DNA from: Candidatus Spongiisociaceae bacterium
GTDB lineage: Bacteria; Actinomycetota; Acidimicrobiia; Spongiisociales; Spongiisociaceae
Length of the DNA: 64,000 bases
Reading direction: 5' to 3'
Assembly: GCA_965262915.1 (NCBI GenBank)
Contig: OZ253564.1
Span: 2,112,001 to 2,176,000 of the forward strand
In this document: positions 48,033 to 58,294 of the stretch, piece by piece
Numbering within the stretch: position 1 is the stretch's first letter
Layout: every line of letters begins with the position of its first letter
The notes under the pieces: model-generated
Seen by the model: the letters and a program-made list of their open reading frames with translations, nothing else
What the model was told of the DNA's origin: nothing
Database searches by the model: none
Position numbers and translations under genes: made by a program

Positions 48033-49766
48033 TTACTTCCCGGAGGGATGGACGCCGAAGAGCGTCATGCCCAGCGTCTGGGGCATCTGGTAGCCGGCTA
48101 CCGACTTGTTCCATGCATGGGCGATGGGCTGGAACAGGATCGGAACCGCACCCGCCTCCGTGACCAGGACCTCGTTGGCCTGCGCGTACAACTCGTTCTG
48201 CTTGTCGAAGTCCGGCTCCTCGAGCGCCGCGTTGAGGAACTCGTCGAGCTTCGACGGAACGCCGGGCGTGGCGAAGCTGGCGTTATCCGCCCAGCCGCTC
48301 CACCAACCACGGAAGAGACCGTCCGGGTCGTAGCTGAACACTTCGAAGCCGATCGTCGCCACCCACGCGTCGTACCGGGCGGGGCCGCCGTCTTCCGGCT
48401 TCATGATGTCGGACACCCAACGGGCGTCGATCGAGTCCACGAGCAGAAGCGGGTCGAAACCGCCCATCTGCAGCGTCTGGGCAAGCAAGGGCGCCTGGGG
48501 ATAGACATAGGCCCACTCCACCACGCCGAGCTGGAACTGCACGGGCGCATTGTCCGGGTCGTGTCCGGCTTCCCTCAGCAGCGCCTTCGACTTCTCGGGG
48601 TCGAAGTTGTACTGCATCTGGGGCTCGATGTACCTGGGGTCCTCGGGGGGCAGGGGCGAGCGGGCGATCCGACCCTCCCCTTGCAGCCCGATCGAGATCA
48701 ACTGCGGTGTATCGATCGAATACATCACCGCTTGGCGCACCAACTGGTTGTCGAACGGCGGCTTGGTGGTGTTGAACATGATCATTTCGAGGAAAGAGGT
48801 CTCCCGAGCGATGCCCAACTCCAGGTTCGGCGAGTCTTGGATGGCTCGATACAGCTGGGGCGACACACCATCGAGGATCTGGGTCTGGCCCGCCTCGGTC
48901 TGGGCGATCCGCGACGCCAGTTCCGGAATTGCCACATAGGTGATGTCCTTGGCCGCCAGAGGTTGGGGACCCGTGTAGCCGTCGTAACGCTTGAACACGT
49001 TGAGTTCGGTGTCGAACGGAGCCGCAACCATCATCGATCCGGACGAAGGAGTCGGCGCGAACGAGTAGTCCATACCGCCCACGGACTCCACAACCGCCTC
49101 GGGAAACGCCTTGATGGCGGAAATGCGCTGGAACAGGATGTCCGCGGGCACCTTCTGTGCCAGATTGATCTGCAACTCGTCATCCGCCACTATGTCGATC
49201 GACTCAATGAAGGTGATGTACTGGGTGAAAGGAGACCCGAGCTCTCGCTCCGGCTTCAGGCGGTCGTAGCCGTAGACGATGTCCGCGGCGGTGATGGGCG
49301 TACCGTCGGTGAACGTCCGGTCGGTACGTATCTTCACGCTGTAGGTGAGATCGTCCACCTGCTGGGGCATCTCGGCCGCCAGCCCCGGAATCAGCGAGCG
49401 ATCGGGCAGCTTGATGAGCAGACCTTCGAACGTGTGCTGCCCGGTGCTCAGGGCGCCACCGGTGGTCCTGTTGCTGTCGAGCGAGATCCACCCCGCGACC
49501 TGAGCGAGCGTGATGCTCTCGAAGTCCGCCGGAGCCTCGTCCATCATGGCGGTGGTGGTGGTCTCTTCCATGGCCGCGGTGGTTTCTGGGGCTGCCTCCG
49601 CCGGTGCTGCGGTGGTCTCGGGGGCCGCGGCGGCCGGCGCCGCAGTTGTGGTGGCGGGCTCGTCGTCATCACCACAAGCGGCCAGCACGGTCGGCGCAAC
49701 TGCGCCTACCCCGATAATGAGTCCACTTCGCTTGAGGAACTTTCTGCGGTCCATCGGCTCGGTCAC
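48033..49766 (-). CDS. Family 5 solute-binding lipoprotein, Tat-exported, with Ala/Thr-rich linker
   Basis: MDRRKFLK twin-Arg, LAAC lipobox, PETTAA repeats, FTDGTPITAADI, PFDNQLVRQA. Confidence 0.92.
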   Translation of the reverse strand: MTEPMDRRKFLKRSGLIIGVGAVAPTVLAACGDDDEPATTTAAPAAAAPETTAAPAEAAPETTAAMEETTTTAMMDEAPADFESITLAQVAGWISLDSNRTTGGALSTGQHTFEGLLIKLPDRSLIPGLAAEMPQQVDDLTYSVKIRTDRTFTDGTPITAADIVYGYDRLKPERELGSPFTQYITFIESIDIVADDELQINLAQKVPADILFQRISAIKAFPEAVVESVGGMDYSFAPTPSSGSMMVAAPFDTELNVFKRYDGYTGPQPLAAKDITYVAIPELASRIAQTEAGQTQILDGVSPQLYRAIQDSPNLELGIARETSFLEMIMFNTTKPPFDNQLVRQAVMYSIDTPQLISIGLQGEGRIARSPLPPEDPRYIEPQMQYNFDPEKSKALLREAGHDPDNAPVQFQLGVVEWAYVYPQAPLLAQTLQMGGFDPLLLVDSIDARWVSDIMKPEDGGPARYDAWVATIGFEVFSYDPDGLFRGWWSGWADNASFATPGVPSKLDEFLNAALEEPDFDKQNELYAQANEVLVTEAGAVPILFQPIAHAWNKSVAGYQMPQTLGMTLFGVHPSGK

Positions 49767-50036
49767 GGCCTACTCCTCCTCCTGAGTGCGCACATACACA
49801 AATGGCCGCACGCACCAAGCGGGCGACCTAACCCGGACATCTTACGCACCGAGGATGAACCGGGCAAGCCGACCCGCCGCCTGGCCCGCCATCCGGTAGC
49901 CGATGGGGCAGGAGGGAACTGGCAAGATCGTCAGCCGACGATGCTCCGGCGGCGCAGCGGCGTCTGAGGATCCTGTCGCTGTGTGCGGCTCCGACTCGGG
50001 CTGTATTGTCTGGCCGAGAGTAAAGGAGGGTGACTG

Positions 50037-51734
50037 ATGGCGGAGACTGCCTTTCTTCCTGCCGGTATCGACGTGCTCAACAATGTAAGGGTGCCGATGC
50101 GCGATGGCGTCGAGTTGTCCATCGACATCTACTTCCCGGCCAAGGGCGATGGGCCCTTTCCGGTGATCCTGGCGAGGACCCCGTACGACAACATGTCGGA
50201 CACCCTGATCGACGGCGCCATCTTCTTTGCCCAGAACGGCTATGCCTTTGCCGCCCAGGACTGCCGCGGGCGCAACGACTCGGACGGCCGCTTCAACCCG
50301 TGGATCCAGGAGTACGAAGACGGATACGACACGCTCGAGTGGCTCGGTTCGCAGACCTGGTGCGACGGTAACGTCGGCATGCACGGCAGCTCGTACCTGG
50401 GCGGCGTGCAGTGGATGGCGGCCGTCATGGACAGCCCGTATCTCAAGGCGATCGCTCCCCAGGTCATCGGCGACGATCTCCACGGTTCGCTGCACTACCA
50501 GGGAGGGGCGTTCACGTTGCACTTCAACGCCACCTGGTCCTTCCGCATGGGAGGACGCACCTGGCAACTCATCGACCGGTTCGACTGGAAGCGCATATTC
50601 CCGGTCCTGCCCCTCCGAGCCATCCCCGAGTTCGGCGGCAAGGACGTTGACTTCTTCGGGGACTGGTTGGACCATCCCGACTACGACGGCTACTGGAAGT
50701 CGCTAGCCGTCAGGGAGCAGTACGAGAGCGTGAAGATCCCGGTGCTGCAGATCGGCGGCTGGTACGACATCTTCGCCGGTGGAACCATGAACAACTTCGT
50801 CGGTATGCGCGAACGTGGCGGGTCGGAGGTCGCCCGCAACCACCAGCGGGTCGTGATGGGGCCGTGGCATCACCACACCAACACCGAGACCTTCGCCGGG
50901 GAAACCGACTTCGGTAACGCCTCGGTGCTGGATGTCAACCACATCGCGTTGCGGTGGTACGACCATTGGCTGAAAGGCATGGACAACGGCGTCGAGCGGG
51001 ACCCGCCGCTGCGCATCTATACGATGGGCACCGATGAGTGGCGCGACGAGCACGAGTGGCCGCTTGCCAGGACCGAGTTCACTCCTTGGTATTTCCACAG
51101 TGACGGGTCGGCCAACTCGCTCCTGGGCGACGGTACGCTGTCGACCGGGCCACCCACCGACGAGCCCGGCGACGGATTCGTCTACAACCCTGCGTTCCCG
51201 ACCCCCACGGTTGGCGGCGCCACCTGCTGCAGCCCCGAGATCGTCGATTGGGGCTCTTTCGATCAACGACCGGTCGAGTACCGCAACGATGTCCTCGTCT
51301 ACACGTCGGAGCCGCTCGAAGCGGATCTCGAGGTTACCGGGCCGGTGGTTGTCAAGCTGTTCGCCGCCACCGACGGCCGGGACACGGACTTCACCGCAAG
51401 GCTGGTCGATGTCCACCCGGACGGGTATGCCAGGAACCTATGCGACGGCATCATCCGGGGCCGGTATCGGGAGACCCTCGAGCGTCAGGATCTGCTGGAG
51501 CCGGGCGAGGTCTACGAGTTCACCATCGACCTGTGGGTCACGAGCAACGTGTTCGAGAAGGGCCACCGCATCAGGGTTGACATCTCCAGCAGCAACTTCC
51601 CCCGCTTCGACCGCAACCTCAACACGGGCAACCCGAATGCTGACGACACCGAAGTCCGGGTTGCTCGCCAGAGGGTGTATCACGACACGACTCGGCCCTC
51701 CCACATACTGCTGCCCGTGATACCTCCCGGTTGA
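50037..51734 (+). CDS. CocE/NonD family serine hydrolase
   Basis: MRDGV, RTPY, QDCRGR, GSSYLG, GGWYD, GPW, SSSNFPRFDRN. Confidence 0.95.
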   Translation: MAETAFLPAGIDVLNNVRVPMRDGVELSIDIYFPAKGDGPFPVILARTPYDNMSDTLIDGAIFFAQNGYAFAAQDCRGRNDSDGRFNPWIQEYEDGYDTLEWLGSQTWCDGNVGMHGSSYLGGVQWMAAVMDSPYLKAIAPQVIGDDLHGSLHYQGGAFTLHFNATWSFRMGGRTWQLIDRFDWKRIFPVLPLRAIPEFGGKDVDFFGDWLDHPDYDGYWKSLAVREQYESVKIPVLQIGGWYDIFAGGTMNNFVGMRERGGSEVARNHQRVVMGPWHHHTNTETFAGETDFGNASVLDVNHIALRWYDHWLKGMDNGVERDPPLRIYTMGTDEWRDEHEWPLARTEFTPWYFHSDGSANSLLGDGTLSTGPPTDEPGDGFVYNPAFPTPTVGGATCCSPEIVDWGSFDQRPVEYRNDVLVYTSEPLEADLEVTGPVVVKLFAATDGRDTDFTARLVDVHPDGYARNLCDGIIRGRYRETLERQDLLEPGEVYEFTIDLWVTSNVFEKGHRIRVDISSSNFPRFDRNLNTGNPNADDTEVRVARQRVYHDTTRPSHILLPVIPPG

Positions 51735-51829
51735 GCGGCGTTTGGTTCAACGCCCACGCCGGCGAGTCGAGTACCTGTACGGCCTGCTTCATCGTCCGGT
51801 CCCTCGGGCCGACGGTCCGATCGTGATGG

Positions 51830-52055
51830 TTCTACCTGGAGAGGAGCGCCGGGATGAAGTACTACCTCGGGCCCTGCGTGACCGGCGGAGTGATTCAGCT
51901 CGCTATCGAGATCATGGAGGAAAGAGGGACTGGGGGCCGAGGACATCGATGAGATCACAGCCACCATCGCGAGTTGCTACCGGCACCACCGATCGGCCCC
52001 TGACCAAAGAGCAGCTGGAGGGGGTCGACGATCTCAGGGACTTGACGAAGCTCCA
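51830..52055 (+). pseudogene. Probable MmgE/PrpD-family fragment
   Basis: Frameshifted pieces MKYYLGPC..IQLAIEIMEE / GLGAEDIDEIT / RPLTKEQL..VDDLRDLT resemble the PrpD C-terminus. Confidence 0.4.
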
Positions 52056-52305
52056 CGCGCCGTCGGGTGGCTGGGTAGTGGCTCCCTGTGGGGATCAAAA
52101 ACGTCGACGGCGCAAATGCGACCGTCGCCGGCAAGAGTTCGGCGGTATCGAGCCCGGCCGCGATGATCGCCGGGTCGACGCCGGTCGGCACCGGCGCCTC
52201 GATACGCGGCCGACGCAGTGACATCCGACGGCCGGTTTTTCTCGCATCCCATCCGGAACTTGCGTATGCTGGCGCCCGCCGAGAGTGAACTCGTCAAGGC
52301 ATGGG

Positions 52306-54408
52306 ATGGCCGGATCAACTAGCAACGAATTACGAATAGGTGTCGACATCGGGGGTACGTTCACCGATCTGATGATGATCGGCCGCTCGGGCCGGGTCGA
52401 GATCGGCAAGGTTCTCACGACCCCCGACCCGTCACAGGGGGTCGAAGAGGTGCTGGTACAGACCCTCGAGCGTTCGGGCCAATCCGGTGCTTCGGTTCGC
52501 CATTTGGTCCACGGAACCACCCTGGTCACAAATGCCATCATCGAGCGCAAGGGGGCCCTCACCGCACTGCTGACCACCGAGGGATTCCGGGACTCTATCG
52601 AGATCGGCCGCGAACACCGCTACGAGCTGTACGACCTGAATCTGGAACACCCCAAGCCGCTCGTGCCGCGCCATCTCCGCTTCGAGGTCCCCGAGCGGAC
52701 CCTCGCCGATGGGACGCAGGCGATCGAACTCGGCGAAGACCACGTGGCGCGCCTTGTCGGGGAGTTGGCCGCCGCCGGGGTCGAGGCGGTGGCGATCTGC
52801 TTCCTCCACTCGTTCACCAACCCGGACTCCGAAGAGCGCACCCGGGCTGTCGTCAATGGAGAAGCACCGCAGATGCGGGTCTCGATTTCCTCCGAAGTCG
52901 TTCCCGAGATCGGGGAGTTCGAGCGGGCTTCGACCACCATCGCCAATGTATACGTGCAGCCGCTTGTCGAGCGTTACCTGGTCGGACTCCAGCGTCGGCT
53001 GGGAGAGATGGAGTTCGCGGGACAGCTGTTGGTCATGCTGTCCAGCGGCGGTGTGGCGACTCTCGACACCTGTGTCCAGTTTCCGATCCGTCTCCTCGAG
53101 TCGGGTCCCGCCGCGGGTGCGCTCGCCGCAGCCTCGGTGGGCGCCGCCATGGGCCGGGACTCGTTGCTGTCCTTCGACATGGGGGGCACGACCGCCAAGC
53201 TGAGCGTGGTGGACGGCGGAGAGCCGCTGGTGACCCATGACTTCGAGGTGGATCGCCGCTACCGCTTCAAAAAGGGATCCGGCCTTCCGGTCAGGGTGCC
53301 GGTCATCGAGATGATCGAGATCGGCGCCGGCGGGGGATCGATTGCCCGGGTCGACTCGCTGGGGCTTCTCAAGGTCGGGCCCGACTCCGCCGGGGCCGAT
53401 CCGGGACCGGTCTGTTACTCGAGGGGCGGGCGGTCCCCGACCGTAACCGATGCCGATCTGGTCCTCGGGTACCTGGACCCCGACTACTTCCTCGGTGGCG
53501 CTATGAAGCTCGACGTGGCCGCCGCCGGAGCCGCCCTCGCCGAGAGCATCGGCGACCGGCTGGGGATGTCGGTGCCGGAAGCCGCCTGGGGTGTTCACCA
53601 GGTGGTCAACGAGGCCATGGCCAACGCCGCTCGCGTTCACGTCGTGGAGCGGGGAAAGAACCCGAGAGCCCTGCCGGTGGTCGCCTTCGGCGGGGCCGGT
53701 CCGGTTCACGGGTACGGTGTCGCCGAGTTACTCGGCAGCACCGAGTTGGTGTTGCCGTACGGTGCGGGCGTGACCAGCGCGATGGGTCTGCTGGTAGCGC
53801 CGCTCGCCTTCGACTTCGTACGGTCCTATTACGGGAGGCTCGACGAACTGGACTGGAGCGAGGTCAACAGCATCTTCGAGGAGATGGAGCGGGACGGAAC
53901 CGAGCTGCTGGTCGAATCGGGCGCCGGACCCGACGAGATCGTCCACACAAGGACCGCCGACATCCGGTACGTGGGCCAGGGACACGAGATCCGAGTTCCG
54001 ATCCCGGACGGCATCCTGACCATCGCAGAGCGCCAGACGATATACGAGGACTTCGACCGGGTCTACCAGAGCCTCTACGGCAGGGAAGGACCACCGGTCG
54101 GCCTCGAAGCCCTCACCTGGAGGGTGGTGAGCCGGGGACCGCGGCCCGAGCAGGTAGGGGCGGACCCCGACGACGTGAGAGGCGATGCGGAGGCGGCCCG
54201 CAAGGGTGAACGTCCGGCCTACTTCCCGTCTGCGGGAGGATTCGTGCCCACGCCCGTATATGACCGTTACCGGCTGGGTTCCGGTTCCACGATGATGGGA
54301 CCGGCGATCATCGAGGAGCGGGAGTCCACAGCGATCATCGGACCCGGGGGCCGGGTGCACGTGGACGACCGGCTCAACATCGTCGTAGCGGTAGGAGGGG
54401 GAACATGA
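52306..54408 (+). CDS. Hydantoinase A / 5-oxoprolinase subunit
   Basis: GVDIGGTFTD, HGTT, SGPAAG, DMGGTT, IGAGGGS, PTVTDA. Confidence 0.95.
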   Translation: MAGSTSNELRIGVDIGGTFTDLMMIGRSGRVEIGKVLTTPDPSQGVEEVLVQTLERSGQSGASVRHLVHGTTLVTNAIIERKGALTALLTTEGFRDSIEIGREHRYELYDLNLEHPKPLVPRHLRFEVPERTLADGTQAIELGEDHVARLVGELAAAGVEAVAICFLHSFTNPDSEERTRAVVNGEAPQMRVSISSEVVPEIGEFERASTTIANVYVQPLVERYLVGLQRRLGEMEFAGQLLVMLSSGGVATLDTCVQFPIRLLESGPAAGALAAASVGAAMGRDSLLSFDMGGTTAKLSVVDGGEPLVTHDFEVDRRYRFKKGSGLPVRVPVIEMIEIGAGGGSIARVDSLGLLKVGPDSAGADPGPVCYSRGGRSPTVTDADLVLGYLDPDYFLGGAMKLDVAAAGAALAESIGDRLGMSVPEAAWGVHQVVNEAMANAARVHVVERGKNPRALPVVAFGGAGPVHGYGVAELLGSTELVLPYGAGVTSAMGLLVAPLAFDFVRSYYGRLDELDWSEVNSIFEEMERDGTELLVESGAGPDEIVHTRTADIRYVGQGHEIRVPIPDGILTIAERQTIYEDFDRVYQSLYGREGPPVGLEALTWRVVSRGPRPEQVGADPDDVRGDAEAARKGERPAYFPSAGGFVPTPVYDRYRLGSGSTMMGPAIIEERESTAIIGPGGRVHVDDRLNIVVAVGGGT

Positions 54409-56147
54409 CCACGCGACCGAGACTGGATCCGGTCCTCATCGAGGTCTTGTGGAGCCGGGTGTTGTCGGTGGTCAACGAGCAGCAGGTTGCTCTGCAGCGA
54501 ACGGCCTTCAGCACCATCGTGCGGGAGACCCAGGACCTGGCCTGCGGCGTGTTCGACACCAACGGTTGGATGATGGCCCAGTCGATCACCGGAACCCCCG
54601 GGCACATAAACGCGATGGCCACCGGGGTGCGCCATTTTCTCAAGGAATACCCGCCCGGCACGCTCCGACCCGGCGACGTTCTGATCACCAACGACCCTTG
54701 GATGACCGCCGGCCAGATCAACGACATAACGGTGCTGACGCCGGTCTTCAAGAAGGGCGTCGAGGTGGCGTACTTCGCCAACACCTGCCACGCGGCCGAC
54801 ATCGGGGGACGGATCCTCTCCGCGGAGGCTCGCGAGGTGTACGAGGAGGGTCTGCGCATCCCGATTATGAAGCTCTACGACCGGGGGAGGATCAACCAGG
54901 ACCTGATCTCGATCGTCAGGGCCAACGTGCGGACCCCGGACGAAACGGTGGGCGATCTGTACGCACAGACCTCGTGCAACGACGTGGGTGCTCGGGCGCT
55001 GCTGGGTTTCATGGACGAGTTCGACCTCGACACGATCGACCCCCTCTCCTACGAGATCATCACCCGCTCCGAGGAGGCGATGCGGAGATCCATCCGCGAG
55101 ATTCCCAACGGCGTCCACCGGCACGAGACGTGGAGCGACGGTTTCGAGGAGCCGATCCTGATCAAAGCGGCGGTAACGATTGACGACGAGGACATCCTCA
55201 TCGATTTCGCCGGTTCGTCGCCCGAGAGCGTCCGGGGCATAAACGTGGTTTTCAACTACACCCACGCCTACGCCTCGTTCGCCATGAAGGCGGCCATAAG
55301 CCCCGATGTTCCCCACAACGACGGTGCCTTCCGCCCGGTGCACGTGTCGGCGCCTCCCGGGTCGATCCTCAACTGCCTGGAACCGGCGGCGGTGGCCTCC
55401 CGTCACCTGATCGGCCACTTCCTGCCCGGCGTGGTGTTCGGGGCGCTGGCGGAGGCGTTGCCCGACCGGCTCATGGCGCCCGGTTCGGACCCGATCTGGA
55501 TCTCCATCTGGAGGGGGAGAGCGGCGCGATCGGCCGACCGGTTCACGTTCAGCCTGTTCCAATGCGGCGGCGCCGGGGCCCGGGCATCCAAGGACGGGCT
55601 CAACACGACCGGCTTTCCCAGCGGCGTGGCGGGGGTGCCGGCCGAATCCGTGGAGACCCTCACCTCGATGGTCCAGCACCGCCGGGAACTGCGGACCGAC
55701 TCCGGGGGACCGGGCAGGTTCAGGGGAGGGCTCGGGCAGTGGACCGAGATGAGTTGCCGCACCGACGAGGCGTGGACGGTCTCGGCCATGGTCGACCGGA
55801 TCTCCTATCCCGCCGAGGGGTTGCTGGGAGGTGGGTTCGGCGCGTCCGGCGAGTTCCGGATCGACGGGACCCGGGAGGCGGAGCCGAAACGGCTTCTGGT
55901 GCTCGATCCCGACAACCGGGTGCAACTCAACCTTCCGGGCGGCGGCGGTTACGGAGATCCCTTCACCCGGGATCCCGAGGCGGTTCTGTGGGATGTAATC
56001 GAGGGGTATGTCTCGATCGAGGCGGCCAGGCGAGACTATGGGGTGGTAATCGAATACCTCGGCGCCGAGGACCAACTCGTACGCCTCCCGGACGACTACC
56101 GGCTCGATCCGGAGGCAACAGATCGAGCGCGGCAGATAGATTCCTGA
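54405..56147 (+). CDS. Hydantoinase B / 5-oxoprolinase subunit
   Basis: TAFS.IVRE, NDPW, HAADIGG, EEGL.IP, DSGGPGRFRGG, GGGGYGDP. Confidence 0.95.
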   Translation: MTTRPRLDPVLIEVLWSRVLSVVNEQQVALQRTAFSTIVRETQDLACGVFDTNGWMMAQSITGTPGHINAMATGVRHFLKEYPPGTLRPGDVLITNDPWMTAGQINDITVLTPVFKKGVEVAYFANTCHAADIGGRILSAEAREVYEEGLRIPIMKLYDRGRINQDLISIVRANVRTPDETVGDLYAQTSCNDVGARALLGFMDEFDLDTIDPLSYEIITRSEEAMRRSIREIPNGVHRHETWSDGFEEPILIKAAVTIDDEDILIDFAGSSPESVRGINVVFNYTHAYASFAMKAAISPDVPHNDGAFRPVHVSAPPGSILNCLEPAAVASRHLIGHFLPGVVFGALAEALPDRLMAPGSDPIWISIWRGRAARSADRFTFSLFQCGGAGARASKDGLNTTGFPSGVAGVPAESVETLTSMVQHRRELRTDSGGPGRFRGGLGQWTEMSCRTDEAWTVSAMVDRISYPAEGLLGGGFGASGEFRIDGTREAEPKRLLVLDPDNRVQLNLPGGGGYGDPFTRDPEAVLWDVIEGYVSIEAARRDYGVVIEYLGAEDQLVRLPDDYRLDPEATDRARQIDS

Positions 56148-56268
56148 AGTCCACAACAAAAAGCAAGGAACGTTGTATAGCATTGTGTTACTTCGTGTAT
56201 AGTAGTAGCAGCTACGTATGCTGCGACCGACTACTCGTCTGCGAGCCGCTACGACACGAGGGGATCAA

Positions 56269-56730
56269 ATGGAACAGGCAATCGTCAGCATCGTCGGCCT
56301 CATCCTCGCCGTCGTTCTCTACCAGGAACGCACGCGCCGTGCTGATGCCGCTGCCCTCCGCCGAGATATGAACGCCGGGTTCACCGTATTGCGGGACGAG
56401 TTCAAGGGAGAGGTCGCGGGAGTCCGTGATGAGTTGAGGGGGGAGATTTTGGGTGTGCGTGGGGAGGTTGTGGGTGTGCGTGATGAGTTGCGTGGGGAGA
56501 TTGTGGGTGTGCGTGGGGAGATTTTGGGTGTGCGTGGGGAGGTTGTGGGTGTGCGTGATGGGTTCAGGGGGGAGATCGTGGCGGTGCGCGACGAGTTGAA
56601 GGCTGACATGAGTTCGGGGTTCGCACGGATGGACCGGCGGTTCGACAACCTAACCGCCGGCCTCGTCGCTCTGGCCGAGAGTGTTGGTCAGGTCAAGGGC
56701 CGGACCGAAGTCCTCACGACCGCCGACTGA
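56269..56730 (+). CDS. N-terminally anchored coiled-coil repeat protein (DUF1640/apolipoprotein-like)
   Basis: TM helix then RDELRGEIxGV and RGEVVGV repeats; GAGGGG upstream. Confidence 0.7.
   Translation: MEQAIVSIVGLILAVVLYQERTRRADAAALRRDMNAGFTVLRDEFKGEVAGVRDELRGEILGVRGEVVGVRDELRGEIVGVRGEILGVRGEVVGVRDGFRGEIVAVRDELKADMSSGFARMDRRFDNLTAGLVALAESVGQVKGRTEVLTTAD
56392..56600 (+). repeat. Mixed 33-bp and 21-bp coding tandem repeats
   Basis: Recurrent GTGCGTGGGGAG(A/G)TT(G/T)TGGGT and CGTGATGAGTTG units. Confidence 0.85.
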
Positions 56731-56742
56731 CAAGCCGACGAA

Positions 56743-58077
56743 TCAGGAGTCGGTCATCGACGTGACGACGGCCTCCGCGATCCGTCCGGCGACCTCGCTC
56801 GGTCTGAATCTCCGAATACTGCCGTCGGGAAGGCGCGCAATCCACCGATCCACATCTGGCAGTTGGAGAGTGAACTCCTGCAGCCCGGGGGATTCCGACC
56901 CGGCCCGATCCCACGGGCGATAGCCGGTGGGATCCGGGATCGACCAGAAGATAGACGGCCCTGGGCCGATATCCTGCCAGTTCTTCATCTGAGGGCTGCG
57001 GTATCCGCTCCAGGCCAGCCAGCGTCGATCTCGGAGGGCGGGGACCTTCACATCCATGCGATACAGCCAGGAGTTCCCCGCCGGATCGCCCCTAACGAGC
57101 GCTGCGTAGTCATCCAAGAGCAGTTCGTCGTGGTAGCGGCGCGTCGAGACCTCGCCGACGCTGCCCAATGCGGCTTCGAGGGCGTCATCCACTAGCGAGA
57201 ACAGCAGGCGTACCGCGTCATTCCAGATCGCGACCTGGCGCTCCTGAGCCCTGCGTAGCTCGGCTTGGGCACGGTCATAGCCCTCGATCGCGGTTGCCTT
57301 ACGCTCCAAGTCCCGCAAGGCGTCCTCCGCGCGGGCGAGGATCAGTTCCGAGATGGGTCCGAGGTCACCCCCGAGGTCGGACTCGGCTAAGGCCTCGAGG
57401 TACCTGGGACGGTCCTTGCGCCGGATGATGATGCTCGGTAGACCCGCCCTGATCAGTTCGAGGTTCATCACCGCTCGAGAAGTGCGTCCGTTGCCGTCCG
57501 AGAACGGGTGTATGTGGGCTATCCAGGTCTTCAACACGATTGCTCGAAGAAGAGCCTGTCCGCCATCGTTGGACAGGGACCAGCCCTGCCACTCCTCCAT
57601 CGCGGACATGACTTCGTTCCAGGATGCTGGGGGACGATGTCCCGATCCCCCGATCCTGACCTCCTGGGTGCGAAAGAGGCCTGCTCCCGGCCTATCGCCA
57701 AGGATCAGAGCATGCAGCTCCTTGACCTGATCGAGACCGGTGGGGGATCTGTCTTTGGCGAGGTCGACCATCCGTTCCAAGGCCTTCGAGAGGTTGACGG
57801 CATCCTTCGAGTAGGCGGGATCGTGTCCTGTGATCGTTATGCCCTTCGACACTGCCAACTCGGTCTCGCCCACGCTCAAGGTACTGCCTTCGATGGCATT
57901 GGACTCTGCGATCTGCCGGAAGCGGGTATCGCCGAAGTATGCCCGCAGCGTCTGTTCGGAGAGATCTCCCCGTTCCCTGAGCAGGTCCACACGTTTCTGG
58001 AGTTTGTTGGCTTTGTCGAAGACCCACTTGCCTGTGTCTTCGAGGCTGTAGGGACTGCCGTCCAGACTGACTGTCAT
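56743..58077 (-). CDS. Fic-domain protein (class II-like) with extra C-terminal domain
   Basis: HPFSDGNGRTSR catalytic motif; N-terminal SNAIEG inhibitory motif. Confidence 0.92.
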   Translation of the reverse strand: MTVSLDGSPYSLEDTGKWVFDKANKLQKRVDLLRERGDLSEQTLRAYFGDTRFRQIAESNAIEGSTLSVGETELAVSKGITITGHDPAYSKDAVNLSKALERMVDLAKDRSPTGLDQVKELHALILGDRPGAGLFRTQEVRIGGSGHRPPASWNEVMSAMEEWQGWSLSNDGGQALLRAIVLKTWIAHIHPFSDGNGRTSRAVMNLELIRAGLPSIIIRRKDRPRYLEALAESDLGGDLGPISELILARAEDALRDLERKATAIEGYDRAQAELRRAQERQVAIWNDAVRLLFSLVDDALEAALGSVGEVSTRRYHDELLLDDYAALVRGDPAGNSWLYRMDVKVPALRDRRWLAWSGYRSPQMKNWQDIGPGPSIFWSIPDPTGYRPWDRAGSESPGLQEFTLQLPDVDRWIARLPDGSIRRFRPSEVAGRIAEAVVTSMTDS

Positions 58078-58294
58078 CGTCGGTGCTCCCGTATCGGATA
58101 GAGCCCGCCGGATACTACCGACATGCCGACCGTCGATTTCGTTGTGGATGCACAGTCGGCGAGCAACCGGCCTTGACCCGTGCGGATGGCCCGCGACCGG
58201 GAGCGAGCAAGCCTTACGAACCGGTTCGCCCGCGGATCTATGTCCTCAGAACCTACCCGGGTAGGTGGAAAGCCGGCTCGCGAAAACTTTCCTG

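Noticed and set aside
48048-49967. 639-aa antisense ORF (likewise 54267-56183 and 58519-60306)
   Set aside because: Opposite-strand shadows of well-supported genes.
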